A stretch of 63,854 nt of DNA, the filler included, from Aduncisulcus paluster (lineage: Eukaryota): assembly GCA_024181965.1 (NCBI GenBank). It is 15 parts of 15 records of this genome, joined end to end, with 100 filler letters (N's around TTAATTAATTAA, not from the genome) between each part and the next. Parts side by side here need not be neighbours in the genome. Positions count along the whole stretch, not along the records: positions 1 to 1,337 come from BQXS01000257.1; positions 1,438 to 2,927 come from BQXS01000258.1; positions 3,028 to 7,982 come from BQXS01000261.1; positions 8,083 to 9,357 come from BQXS01000262.1; 11 more parts are not named here. One strand, 5' to 3'. The position numbers and the translations under genes are program-made. Of the stretch, positions 1-9,075 are shown piece by piece (position 1 is the stretch's first letter; every line of letters starts with the position of its first letter). The notes beneath the pieces are model-generated. The model did no database searches, was not told the DNA's origin, and saw only the letters and a list, made by a program, of their open reading frames with translations.

Positions 1-373
1 CCCTTCCTTCTAGCTCACATAGTACAACATCAGTGATGTCAATAGAGAGAAAATGCCATTCATAGTTGTGAGTTGGTCTTACGAACTTGCATATTTTGTG
101 GTTTTTAGAACCATCAGATCTGGTAAGGCCAATAACAGAGATGGCGCACTGAAATTCTTATGAAGACAAAAATACACACCTTTCATGGGACCAAGGGAAG
201 AAAAAGGGATTGAAAGCTTTGAAAATGATAGGTACTTCTTCAAGTGTAGCATCACAGGGAAACTTTTTTTCAGGATCCTGTGAGTTTTTCATGGTCTATT
301 TATAGAACCATGCCCCGTCATCATTTCTAATAAATTGTACCACTGTTGTTTCTATAGGGTTCGACAGATCCAT
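1..373 (-). pseudogene. Frameshifted, partial member of the repeat-domain protein family also seen at 24179-26158
   Basis: Manual minus-strand translation: MDLSNPIETTVVQFIRN..., LSFSKLSIPFSSLGPMKGVYFCL, then after a frameshift HKICKFVRPTHNYEWHFLSIDITDVVLCELEGRG. These match the SHISIPF / KGVYIC / EWHLLPIDLSNVVLCEIEGKG motifs. At least two frame breaks. Confidence 0.85.
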
Positions 374-539
374 TTTATATCAATAATAAATCAAAATAAT
401 ATCCGAAATGAAAGTTTGATAACAGAAAGAATGTTCATAAATAAGTATCAGAATGATATAGGAAATGATATCATTTTGAAAAATTAAAATGATATCAATT
501 TTGAAGTTGATTTGGAAATCGCCATCCAGTTTCAGATAT

Positions 540-846
540 GACCATAAAAATATAAGGGAGCCTTTTAAGCCTAAATTAATGTTTTATATCGGTTTATTTA
601 GCCCCGGACGCTATTAGAATCTTAAAAAAAGCATGTTTAAAGGGTGAAATCGAGGGCAACATTTTTGAGTCAGATTTACTATTATAATTTAGCTTAAATA
701 ATATTAAAACAAAGAAAACAAAAAAAAACAAACAAAAAAAAAAACATAAAAATCCAGGAGTATACTCCATTTTGGGGGGGTATTTACAAAAAAAGGTATC
801 AAAATATTATTATCACCTCCCCTGGGTTGCGCAGGCCCAGAGGAGA
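540..846 (-). repeat. Dispersed non-coding repeat, copy 1 (reverse complement of 8089-8430), with terminal GC hairpin
   Basis: 798-846 is the exact reverse complement of 8089-8137 (49 nt). Similarity continues with many mismatches and one indel for about 250 nt and includes the GGAGTATACTCC palindrome. Confidence 0.92.
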
Positions 847-1337
847 TGTTACGGACATTGATCCGTACCTGCAGACATTCTCAGGGATGTCATATTTATA
901 GAACCCTTTATTCAAATAAATTTGGCTTAGCTTACAGTATTAATACTTTAGTATTATGTCCGAATTATTAAAACCACCTTTTCTAACAAGGTTTTCAAAG
1001 GAGGATTGGTCTAAATTTATGAAGTGACCACAAGATCTATTCTGCTCGAGGTGGAAAGGAACCTTGGCACACGTTGATTGATGTCCACGTGTTATCAGCG
1101 TTGCGTCTTGCAACAAAATGTGATGGGGACACAAACCCAGAAGAATTTCTGGCTGCTATTAAGAAGTTCTTTGGGACTGGATCTACCCAGGGCTTTTACG
1201 ACCAATTAAGACGAATTAAGCTGAAAAAGATGAAAGAACCGAAACTAGTACAATACATACATAGCCGCGTATCAGGAAGTAACCGCTTTGAACCCTGACT
1301 TTGGAAATGATGATACAGTCGGACGGTTATTCTTGGG
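847..1337 (+). mobile_element. 5' part of a degenerate LTR retrotransposon (LTR-like end TGTTACGGACATTGATCCG followed by a gag pseudogene)
   Basis: Starts with TG exactly where homology to the 8083 repeat copy stops. The same terminus recurs at 61732 and a related one starts the solo LTR at 56696. A gag-like ATG lies at 956. Confidence 0.7.
956..1337 (+). pseudogene. Gag-like pseudogene (two frameshifts), truncated by contig end
   Basis: MSELLKPPFLTRFSKEDWSKFMK /+1/ DHKIYSARGGKEPWHTLIDV...EEFLAAIKKFFG...IKLKKMKEPKLVQYI /CATA duplication 1256-1263/ AAYQEVTALNPDFGNDDTVGRLFLG. This aligns colinearly with the ORFs at 1438-1981 and 60925-61324. Confidence 0.8.
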
Positions 1338-1437
1338 NNNNNNNNNNNNNNNNNNNNNNNNNNNNNNNNNNNNNNNNNNNNTTAATTAATTAANNNNNNN
1401 NNNNNNNNNNNNNNNNNNNNNNNNNNNNNNNNNNNNN
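1338..1437. other. Artificial contig spacer (N44-TTAATTAATTAA-N44); 14 such spacers split the window into 15 contigs
   Basis: Same 100-nt spacer at 1338, 2928, 7983, 9358, 23866, 26159, 27668, 29321, 30941, 55931, 58337, 59572, 60825 and 62176; TTAATTAATTAA places stops in all six frames. Confidence 0.98.
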
Positions 1438-1981
1438 GAGACTCCTTGACGATTTGAAGTTGACTGAAGACCACTTTAGTGAGATTAGCCAAGGAACGCT
1501 TCTCCTTCTGAAGGGCAGCTTCCATACGCGTTTTAAACGCTTGATGTTCAATTCCTTTGAGAAAATACTTGCCAATCGTCTCCTCAGTGAGAATTTCGTC
1601 TTTGTCTAGGCGACGAATTGTGGATCGGTACCGCTTCACATAAGCTGCGATTGCATCCTCGGTTACTCGTGTAAGCTTTGTCTTTGACAAAATGTTGAGA
1701 ACATCGAGAGCAGAATAATGACCAAAGTAAAGATCCACGGCGTTCAAGAAGTCCTCTTCGCTTGATTTCACCAAATCATCAGATTCAAGATCGGCCGGGT
1801 TAGGAAGCTCATTTTCGGTTACATCCTCATAAATAGCACGTGTGTCCGGATTGATTAACGCAAACAAGGGCGTCTTCCCTCCCAGGGCACGATAACTTTC
1901 AAAGGACTGCTGGAATGCAGTAAAATACTTCTGCCCGAACTTAGACAGTAACGGTCTTTCTTTGTCGATTAGTCTTTCCAT
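1438..1981 (-). CDS. Retrotransposon Gag-like protein, 3' truncated
   Basis: Motifs PLLSKF...YRALGG, AYVKRYR and YFLKGI (the F-x-x-G-[LI] pattern typical of retrotransposon capsid domains); homologous to 956-1337 and 60925-61324. Confidence 0.65.
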
Positions 1982-3282
1982 AAAACGACGTAATTGATCA
2001 ATTATGATGTGTTCTTAGGAAACACTTGGAACAAATTTACTCAATAAAGAAAAACACCGGTTGATGTCTAAAAATAGAATCTCTGAGAATGATACCTTGG
2101 GATCATAACATTTGTCGATTTCAACAGGTGCAGAATCAAACTTTTCTTCAACACTTTTAGGAGTAACGACCTTTTGTTTGATCTTTTTCGTAATCAAAAT
2201 TACTTTTTCTGACCCATCTTTTGATGGAGCAACGGCTTTGGCGGTTTTGGCGCTTATGATTCCCTTGGGGCTCATAATGGCTTAGTAATAGGTAGCAAAA
2301 ATAAAGGTAGATAGTATCTTATCGCAATTTAATTAAATTGTGGTATACCTTCCTAGGGGTAATGTGATACAATTTACTTATGGGGAATCTGACCTACCAC
2401 AGAGTTTGACATACCCAGGAATGTCTTCACGACGGCAGCATTGAAATCGTTCATAAGTGTTCTGGCTTCAATAAACTTCGTTTATACATTAAAATATTTT
2501 TAGATAGATGTTCAATTAGACAAAATGACGATCATTGTGGCGATCTCTATGGAGAAGATGCAGACAAATTTACTCAATAAAATCTAGGCTACCACATCCT
2601 CCTCTTTCTGAAGGCGATGGGCAGAGACTTTTTCAAGCGTGAAAAATAATTACTTGTGGGATCTGGTTAGCGCAATAAGATGGCTCTAGTGGAAAACCCA
2701 TAGGAAAGAATAGAATAAGAAAACCTACAAACCACTAGTGCACTGGCTCAATGATATGTATAAAATAAATGTATAGTTAGCTCAACGCCAGGATAACCTG
2801 GTGCTTGGTCGAGATTCCGTAGCTTGGGTCGATGCTGGCTCAGAGTGATTGTGATTGGCTTGATTAGCACTCACTCTAGAAGCTGTAGAGCGTACCGGTA
2901 TAATTGGTTCATCTGTTAGAGCCAATGNNNNNNNNNNNNNNNNNNNNNNNNNNNNNNNNNNNNNNNNNNNNTTAATTAATTAANNNNNNNNNNNNNNNNN
3001 NNNNNNNNNNNNNNNNNNNNNNNNNNNTAGAATACTTCTACTAACAAGATTTATATGGATGATATAGATCTACTTTCAAAACATTAGCATAAAGCAATTA
3101 GTCTTTTGAAGTTACGATAGGTTTTGAAATGGCGTTGGGTCCTTTTATTATGCTGATATTACTTTCTAAAAAGACAATTCAATCTTAAAAAATGATCTTT
3201 TTAATTCATAAGTTAAAATTTTTATAGATTCCACAGTATTTTAGGTAAATTATTTTCAATTGAATATTTCAAATAAAGAATT

Positions 3283-3855
3283 CTAATGTAAATATTTTGC
3301 AATATCATCTAATGTATCTATATCTATAGAATAATTTTTTAAAAGAGGAACCTTGATACACTTTTCAGATTTTAAAATTGATTTAGCCCCTTCTTTAGGA
3401 TTTAGTAATAATAATTTTTCGTAATATTTTTGAGGAAATATTGCAGGAACACTAAGTGAGTGATTATAAAAAGATGCACAAATTTTTCCTGATTTTATAT
3501 CTGTAGTTAGAGTTTTATAATGAGAAATTGGAATGAGTGGTTGGTCACATAACATGATCATTGTATTTTCATATGCTTTTGTATAATTTATGCCAAAAGA
3601 TAAAGAACTTCCTATTCCTTTTTTATATTTTTCATTATAGAGAATAGTAACATTAAAATCTTTTAACTCTTTTTCACATTTGTTATTTTCATGTCCTAAT
3701 ACAACAAACACATCTCTTGTAATCTCTAAAGCTTTATTAACAGTATTTTTTAATAAACTTTCATTTTGATACATTACAAGTTGTTTAGGTTCTCCTAATC
3801 TACTAGATGTTCCTGCTGCAAGTATTATAACAGCTAAAGTATCAGATTTTTTCAT
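3283..3855 (-). CDS. mocA: Molybdenum cofactor cytidylyltransferase-like NTP transferase (MocA/YgfJ family), bacterial
   Basis: ILAAGTSSRLGEPKQL, LCDQP and DIDT motifs; last gene of a Mo-hydroxylase operon, overlapping xdhC. Confidence 0.85.
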   Translation of the reverse strand: MKKSDTLAVIILAAGTSSRLGEPKQLVMYQNESLLKNTVNKALEITRDVFVVLGHENNKCEKELKDFNVTILYNEKYKKGIGSSLSFGINYTKAYENTMIMLCDQPLIPISHYKTLTTDIKSGKICASFYNHSLSVPAIFPQKYYEKLLLLNPKEGAKSILKSEKCIKVPLLKNYSIDIDTLDDIAKYLH

Positions 3856-4624
3856 TTTTTAGTGCTTCTATTTCTGCACAAATAGAGAGTGCTATTGCTT
3901 GGTGTGTGTAACTACCGATATCAAGTCCAATAGGAGCAAAAAATCTTTTATCTTTTTCTAAATTAAATTGTTCTTTTTTTCTTTGCATATTATGTTTATT
4001 ACCCATCATACCTATATAGTTTATATTTGATTGAAGTAGAGCCTTTAAATAGGTGTTATCCGTTTTAGGATTATGACTTAAAATAACCGACGCATCATAA
4101 TCACTTAAATCTAAAGTTAAAATATCTTCTAAGTTTATAAGCTGTATTAATTCATCAGCTTCTTGTACATATTCTTTGTTGATTTGTATATCAACTACTG
4201 TTGTCTTCCAAGTCATTAAATTTGCCATAGCAACCAATGAACTCACATGTGCACCACTTCCAAAAATCAAAAGAGAATAAGGCTTTTTTATATACTTTTT
4301 TATTCCTTTATAATTACTTTTATAATAAAAAGGGATACTTAAATAGTTGCTTGTTCCATGTCCTGAAGATTCATCTTGAGTAATAGATTCAAAAGTTTGA
4401 TTTTCTCTTGTATTTAAAACCTCTTTTGAAGTAGTTAATACTTTTTTTTGTAAAAAAGCACTTCCTAAAACACCTATAAACTCTTGATTTGAGTTTACAA
4501 ACATTAAATTTCCCTCTTTTGTAAAGGTAGAACCTTTAGTGTTTGTAACTGATGTTATCGCAATATCTAGTTTTTTATTTTTAGAGTTTTTTATAAACTC
4601 TAAAAATTGTTTATTTTCAAACAC
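3842..4624 (-). CDS. xdhC: XdhC/CoxI family Mo-cofactor insertion chaperone
   Basis: N-terminal TKGST...G motif; C-terminal LLIFGSG, SHN, YIGMMG and APIGLDIG...IALSICAEI motifs. Confidence 0.9.
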   Translation of the reverse strand: MFENKQFLEFIKNSKNKKLDIAITSVTNTKGSTFTKEGNLMFVNSNQEFIGVLGSAFLQKKVLTTSKEVLNTRENQTFESITQDESSGHGTSNYLSIPFYYKSNYKGIKKYIKKPYSLLIFGSGAHVSSLVAMANLMTWKTTVVDIQINKEYVQEADELIQLINLEDILTLDLSDYDASVILSHNPKTDNTYLKALLQSNINYIGMMGNKHNMQRKKEQFNLEKDKRFFAPIGLDIGSYTHQAIALSICAEIEALKNEKI

Positions 4625-4627
4625 GCT

Positions 4628-6763
4628 TTAAGAGCCTAGCTTTATAGGCATAGAATGATACCTTTTTCCTGTTGCGTCAAAAAGTGCATTTGGTACAGCT
4701 GCTAATATTGGAGGCACACCAGGCTCCCCAATACCTCCTATTTTTGCTCCTGAATTTATAATACTTATTACTACTTCTGGTGCATCTGATATTCTTGATA
4801 CAACATAATCATAAAAGTTGTTTTGCATTGCTTCACCATTTTGTATTGTGATTTGGCTATATTTAAGTGCAGAGATTCCAAAGTTTATTGAACCTGCTAT
4901 TTGGTTTTCGACATTTTGTGGATTGAATGCAAATCCACAATCAACACTTGCCCAAACTTTTTCTACTTTAAAATCATCATTTGTAACTCGAACCTTTGCA
5001 ACCTGAGCACAAATTGTTCCAAATGACTCATGAATTGCTACTCCATAACCTACATTTTTCTCTTTCTTTCTATTTTCCCAATCTGATTTTTTAGCGACAT
5101 CTTCTAATATATTTATAAACCTTTGGTCAGTAAGCATATTGATTCTATATTTTATAGGATCAACACCAGCTGCAAATGCTGCTTCATCAACTATACCTTC
5201 AACAGTAGGTCCACTTTGCGTATGCCCAACTGATCTCCACCATAAAACAGGAATAGGAGAATCCATAGTATACGCTTGCATATCATGATTATCTATATCA
5301 TAAGAATGATCTACTAGTCCTTCTTTTTGTGCTCCATCTACTCCATTTTTATATCCAAATGCTTCAAAAACAGAACCTTTAAAAATAGATTGTGAAACAA
5401 CTTTTGCATCAAAGGCTTTTATTATACCATCTTCATCTAGTGCAACTTTTACTTTATTTTTATATTTGGGTCTATAATTACCCATTTTGATATCGTCTTC
5501 TCTTGTCCATAAAGTCATAATAGGATAGTCTTCATCCTTTGCTACATATAAACCATCTAAAACAAAATCTGCATTTATCGTTCCTCTTCTCCCAAATGCT
5601 CCACCAAGAAAAGGAGTGTTATATGTAATGTTTTCTGGCTTTACTCCAAGTACTTTTATAGCAACATCTTGTGTTAAACTCTGCGATTGGGCAGATGACC
5701 AAATGGTTGCTTTATCTTTTTCGTGGTGAGCTAAAAAACCTAAAGGCTCCATAGGGGCATGAGCTAAAAATGGAAAGTTGTATTCTGCTTCGATTACTTT
5801 ATCTGCATCTTTAAATGCTTTTTGAGAATCACCGTCTTTTCTCATAGAGGAACCATCTTTTGCCATCATTTTACTATATGACTCATCCAAATCTTTTTCG
5901 CTTATATTCTCAAAATGCCCTTTATCCCATACAACATCTATTACAGATAAAGCCTCTTTAGCTTGCCACCAATATTGAGCAATAACTGCAAGTCCTGTTG
6001 GTATTTGTTTTACTTTTATCACTCCGTTTTTTTCTAAAGCTTTACTTGCATCATAACTTTTTATTTTTGCTCCAAAAACTTGTGGGTGAAGAATAGCTGC
6101 ATATTTCATACCATCTACTCTTATATCTATACCAAACTCTGCTTTACCTGTAACCTTTGCCCAAGACTCTTTAGGATGACGAGGCTGGGGCTGTCCTATA
6201 AATCTACAATCTTTTAAATCTTTTACTTTAGGATTTTTTGGAATCTCCATAGTTGTTAAATCTAAACTCAACTCTGCAAAAGTAAAACTCTCTTTTGTCT
6301 TTTTATTAAAAACTTTCGAATTTTTTGTATAGATATTATATGCTCTTACTTTCCATCTTTTTGCAGCTGCAGATATCAACATCTTATTAACAGCTGCTCC
6401 AATAGTTCTCATCTCCAATTGTTTTCCAATGATAGAAGAGGAACCTCCTGTTATCATTAACGGACCAAAATAGCTATTATAGATAGGATTTACAGTTGCA
6501 GGTTTAAAGTTTATCTTTTCCCAATCAACATTTAACTCTTCTGCAATACACATAGCTAATGTCGTATAAGTGCCTTGACCCATCTCGACTTGACCCATAA
6601 TAAAGTTAATCTGATTATCTGATGTTATTTCAATAAAGGCATTTGGTTGAAGTGCTTTTGATGATGGAGTATCACTAGCTCTTGATTTTATAGGAAGATA
6701 AAAACCCAGTACAAATGTCGAAGTTACAACTGATGTTGTTTTTAAAAAATCTCTTCTTTTCAT
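4628..6763 (-). CDS. iorB: Xanthine dehydrogenase family molybdopterin-binding subunit (isoquinoline 1-oxidoreductase beta-like) with Tat-type signal
   Basis: MKRRDFLK twin-arginine leader; EMGQG, TGGSSS, AHAPMEP, LGGAFGRR, WWRSVG and GGIGEPGVPP motifs. Confidence 0.92.
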   Translation of the reverse strand: MKRRDFLKTTSVVTSTFVLGFYLPIKSRASDTPSSKALQPNAFIEITSDNQINFIMGQVEMGQGTYTTLAMCIAEELNVDWEKINFKPATVNPIYNSYFGPLMITGGSSSIIGKQLEMRTIGAAVNKMLISAAAKRWKVRAYNIYTKNSKVFNKKTKESFTFAELSLDLTTMEIPKNPKVKDLKDCRFIGQPQPRHPKESWAKVTGKAEFGIDIRVDGMKYAAILHPQVFGAKIKSYDASKALEKNGVIKVKQIPTGLAVIAQYWWQAKEALSVIDVVWDKGHFENISEKDLDESYSKMMAKDGSSMRKDGDSQKAFKDADKVIEAEYNFPFLAHAPMEPLGFLAHHEKDKATIWSSAQSQSLTQDVAIKVLGVKPENITYNTPFLGGAFGRRGTINADFVLDGLYVAKDEDYPIMTLWTREDDIKMGNYRPKYKNKVKVALDEDGIIKAFDAKVVSQSIFKGSVFEAFGYKNGVDGAQKEGLVDHSYDIDNHDMQAYTMDSPIPVLWWRSVGHTQSGPTVEGIVDEAAFAAGVDPIKYRINMLTDQRFINILEDVAKKSDWENRKKEKNVGYGVAIHESFGTICAQVAKVRVTNDDFKVEKVWASVDCGFAFNPQNVENQIAGSINFGISALKYSQITIQNGEAMQNNFYDYVVSRISDAPEVVISIINSGAKIGGIGEPGVPPILAAVPNALFDATGKRYHSMPIKLGS

Positions 6764-6764
6764 T

Positions 6765-7220
6765 TTATATCTCCAGTACAGCAGCTTTTATAGCTGTTTT
6801 TATTTTACTATATGTTCCACATCTACAGATATTTCCATCCATAGCTTGTACTATTTCATCATCATTTGGATTTGGATTTTTTTTGAGAAGTCCAGCAGCA
6901 TTCATAATTTGTCCAGATTGGCAATATCCACACTGTACAACATCTTCCTGCACCCAAAATTTCTGTAATTTTTGTACAGTTTTATCTGTGTTTGTCTCAA
7001 TAGTTTTAATATGCTGAGTTTCTACTTCACTTATAAATGTTTGGCAGGCTCTTACGGCTTTATCATTAAGAAGTACTGTACATGCACCACATTGTCCAAC
7101 GCCACAACCAAACTTTGTACCTGTAAGATTTAAATGATCTCTTAAAATCCACAATAATGGAGTTTTTGGGTCTATATCTATACTATATTCTTTTTCATCA
7201 ACTGTTATTTTTTTGAACAT
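6765..7220 (-). CDS. iorA: (2Fe-2S)-binding small subunit (IorA/CoxS-like)
   Basis: GTKFGCGVGQCGACTV, QCGYCQSGQ and NICRCGTY motifs; SD-like AAAGGA upstream. Confidence 0.95.
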   Translation of the reverse strand: MFKKITVDEKEYSIDIDPKTPLLWILRDHLNLTGTKFGCGVGQCGACTVLLNDKAVRACQTFISEVETQHIKTIETNTDKTVQKLQKFWVQEDVVQCGYCQSGQIMNAAGLLKKNPNPNDDEIVQAMDGNICRCGTYSKIKTAIKAAVLEI

Positions 7221-7235
7221 AAATTTTCCTTTTTA

Positions 7236-7982
7236 TTATTTATTTTTTACTGTCTTTTTCAATTTGCTTTTTTTATTAAATAAAATAATAGCAAATAAGG
7301 AAAGCAGACATCCTATGATTGTAGATTCAGCAATTTTTTCACCATAAACGAAATAGCTAGAAACAGTAGCACCTATTGGAACAATAAACATAAATACTCC
7401 AGTATTATGAGCACCTATTTTACTTGCACTTACAAAAAATATTGCCATTGCAAATGTTCCAGCTAAAAGACCAATAAAGAATATGTTGTACCAAAATATA
7501 GAGTCATATAATGTTATTTCAAAAGGATGATACGGCAATGCTAATATCATATTAGTAAAAGCTGTGACCCCAAAAAGAACTAAAGTATAAAAAATTGGAT
7601 CAACTCTATGTGAAATCTTTTGAGTTATGATTGTTACAAATGACCAAACACTAGCACAAATTAGAAAGTAAATACTATTTAAGCTTAAAAATGACAAACC
7701 CTCCATTGGAATTTTTAGTAAAATAATAGCTCCAAATATACCAATACCTAAGGCTAACATTTGTTGTATAGATACTTTTGTGCCAAAAATTAAAATAGAT
7801 AGGAAAAATGTAATCAAAGGAACCAATGAAGTAACCATAGTTCCCCCATATCCAGCTTCTCCATGTGCAAGCCCAGCAAAAAATAAATAACTAAAGGCAG
7901 CACTTAAAAGTCCTGCTATAAGGATATAAACATATCCAATGAGATCAGTTTTTAAGGATTTTTTCATATATAATATTACAGG
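7236..7982 (-). CDS. DMT/EamA family transporter, 5' truncated by contig end
   Basis: About 8 hydrophobic helices with EamA-like spacing, GEKI motif and basic C-terminal tail. Confidence 0.8.
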   Translation of the reverse strand, partial: PVILYMKKSLKTDLIGYVYILIAGLLSAAFSYLFFAGLAHGEAGYGGTMVTSLVPLITFFLSILIFGTKVSIQQMLALGIGIFGAIILLKIPMEGLSFLSLNSIYFLICASVWSFVTIITQKISHRVDPIFYTLVLFGVTAFTNMILALPYHPFEITLYDSIFWYNIFFIGLLAGTFAMAIFFVSASKIGAHNTGVFMFIVPIGATVSSYFVYGEKIAESTIIGCLLSLFAIILFNKKSKLKKTVKNK

Positions 7983-8082
7983 NNNNNNNNNNNNNNNNNN
8001 NNNNNNNNNNNNNNNNNNNNNNNNNNTTAATTAATTAANNNNNNNNNNNNNNNNNNNNNNNNNNNNNNNNNNNNNNNNNNNN

Positions 8083-8430
8083 ATATTATCTCCTCTGGGC
8101 CTGCGCAACCCAGGGGAGGTGATAATAATATTTTGATGCTCTATTTTGTTTTTATTATGGTACGTTTCTGTTTCTTGATTTTTTTTGGTAAATACCCCCA
8201 AAATGGAGTATACTCCAGGATTTTTATGTTTTTTTTGTTTGTTTTGTTTGTTTTCTTTATTTTAATATAATTTAAGCTAAATTAAAAGAGTAAATCTGAC
8301 TCAAAATTATTGATCACGTTTTCATCCTTTAAACGTGCTTTATTTAAGATTCCAATAGTGCCCGAGGCCAAATAAACCGATATAAGACATATATTTAAGC
8401 TAAAACAGTTGCTAGAAATTTTTATCGAGA
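8083..8430 (+). repeat. Dispersed non-coding repeat, copy 2 (uninterrupted hairpin end)
   Basis: ATATTATCTCCTCTGGG-cctgcgcaa-CCCAGGGGAGGTGATAATAATAT hairpin; TGGAGTATACTCCA palindrome; homologous to 540-846. Confidence 0.9.
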
Positions 8431-8947
8431 TTACCGAAACATATTTCGGCATGCCGAAATGAATTCCCGAAATGATTCCATTTTGGCATGCCGAAATTAA
8501 AACCGTTCGGCATTCAAAATGAATACATTTTAGTTTTTTCTATCTATGTTGGACTTTTCATTTTGGTTTTCAAAAATTATTCCTTTCGGTTCTCAATTGG
8601 TTTTACTCACAAAAAGTTTCCCTGTGTAAGTGTGAATTTTAGTGAATGAAGGTTGAGACAAACCACAAAATGCGTTTTGTCTGTCAAAATTCCAGTGTTA
8701 AAAACGAAAAGTTGTCAGAACCGAAAACTGCTTCTGTTGCGGTAGCAAATTTACTAATAAAGAAATCTTCTATGGGTATTCTATTTTTAGAACTGGGCCA
8801 TAACATCCTGCCCCCTCCACTCAAAAGGGTGGAAATCAGTAATAATAAACGAAATCTCACATTTCTATTTTTGGACCAAGATTCGTGATCTCGACTCAGA
8901 AGACGCAATTTTGTTCTCAAGTGAAAATTTCACTTTTTCTGACTTTG

Positions 8948-9075
8948 ATCTCTATAGTCTAGCGGTGTTGACCGGAGTCCTCTTAGTAGCGATGGCGGGG
9001 TTCGAGTCTTGGCTCGAGCACGAAATTCGTGAGAACGGCTCCACCGTCAATGGCCGATGCCGTTGACCTAGTTTT
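8948..9075 (+). ncRNA. Putative tRNA-derived / Pol III-type element (A box, B box, two hairpins, T4)
   Basis: A box TAGTCTAGCGGT 8955-8966; B box GGTTCGAGTC 8999-9008; hairpins at 9019-9031 and 9046-9067; TTTT at 9072. No proper acceptor stem, so not an intact tRNA. Confidence 0.4.

Noticed and set aside
1382-1393. Recurring TTAATTAATTAA palindrome and ORFs ending in ...LIN
   Set aside because: Synthetic concatenation linker.
2015-2275. 86-aa ORF upstream of the gag-like gene
   Set aside because: No recognisable motif and no counterpart upstream of the other gag-like copies.
2912-2927. Minus-strand CA-T-TGGCTCTAACAG at the contig edge as LTR end plus primer-binding site
   Set aside because: Only 2 nt of putative LTR are visible and I cannot match it to a tRNA 3' end without the tRNA set.
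2927-8083. Bacterial operon next to eukaryotic retroelements as evidence of lateral transfer
   Set aside because: Adjacency is only across artificial spacers; there is no physical linkage.
8646-8920. Two short overlapping ORFs on the repeat-rich contig
   Set aside because: No homology or coding signature.
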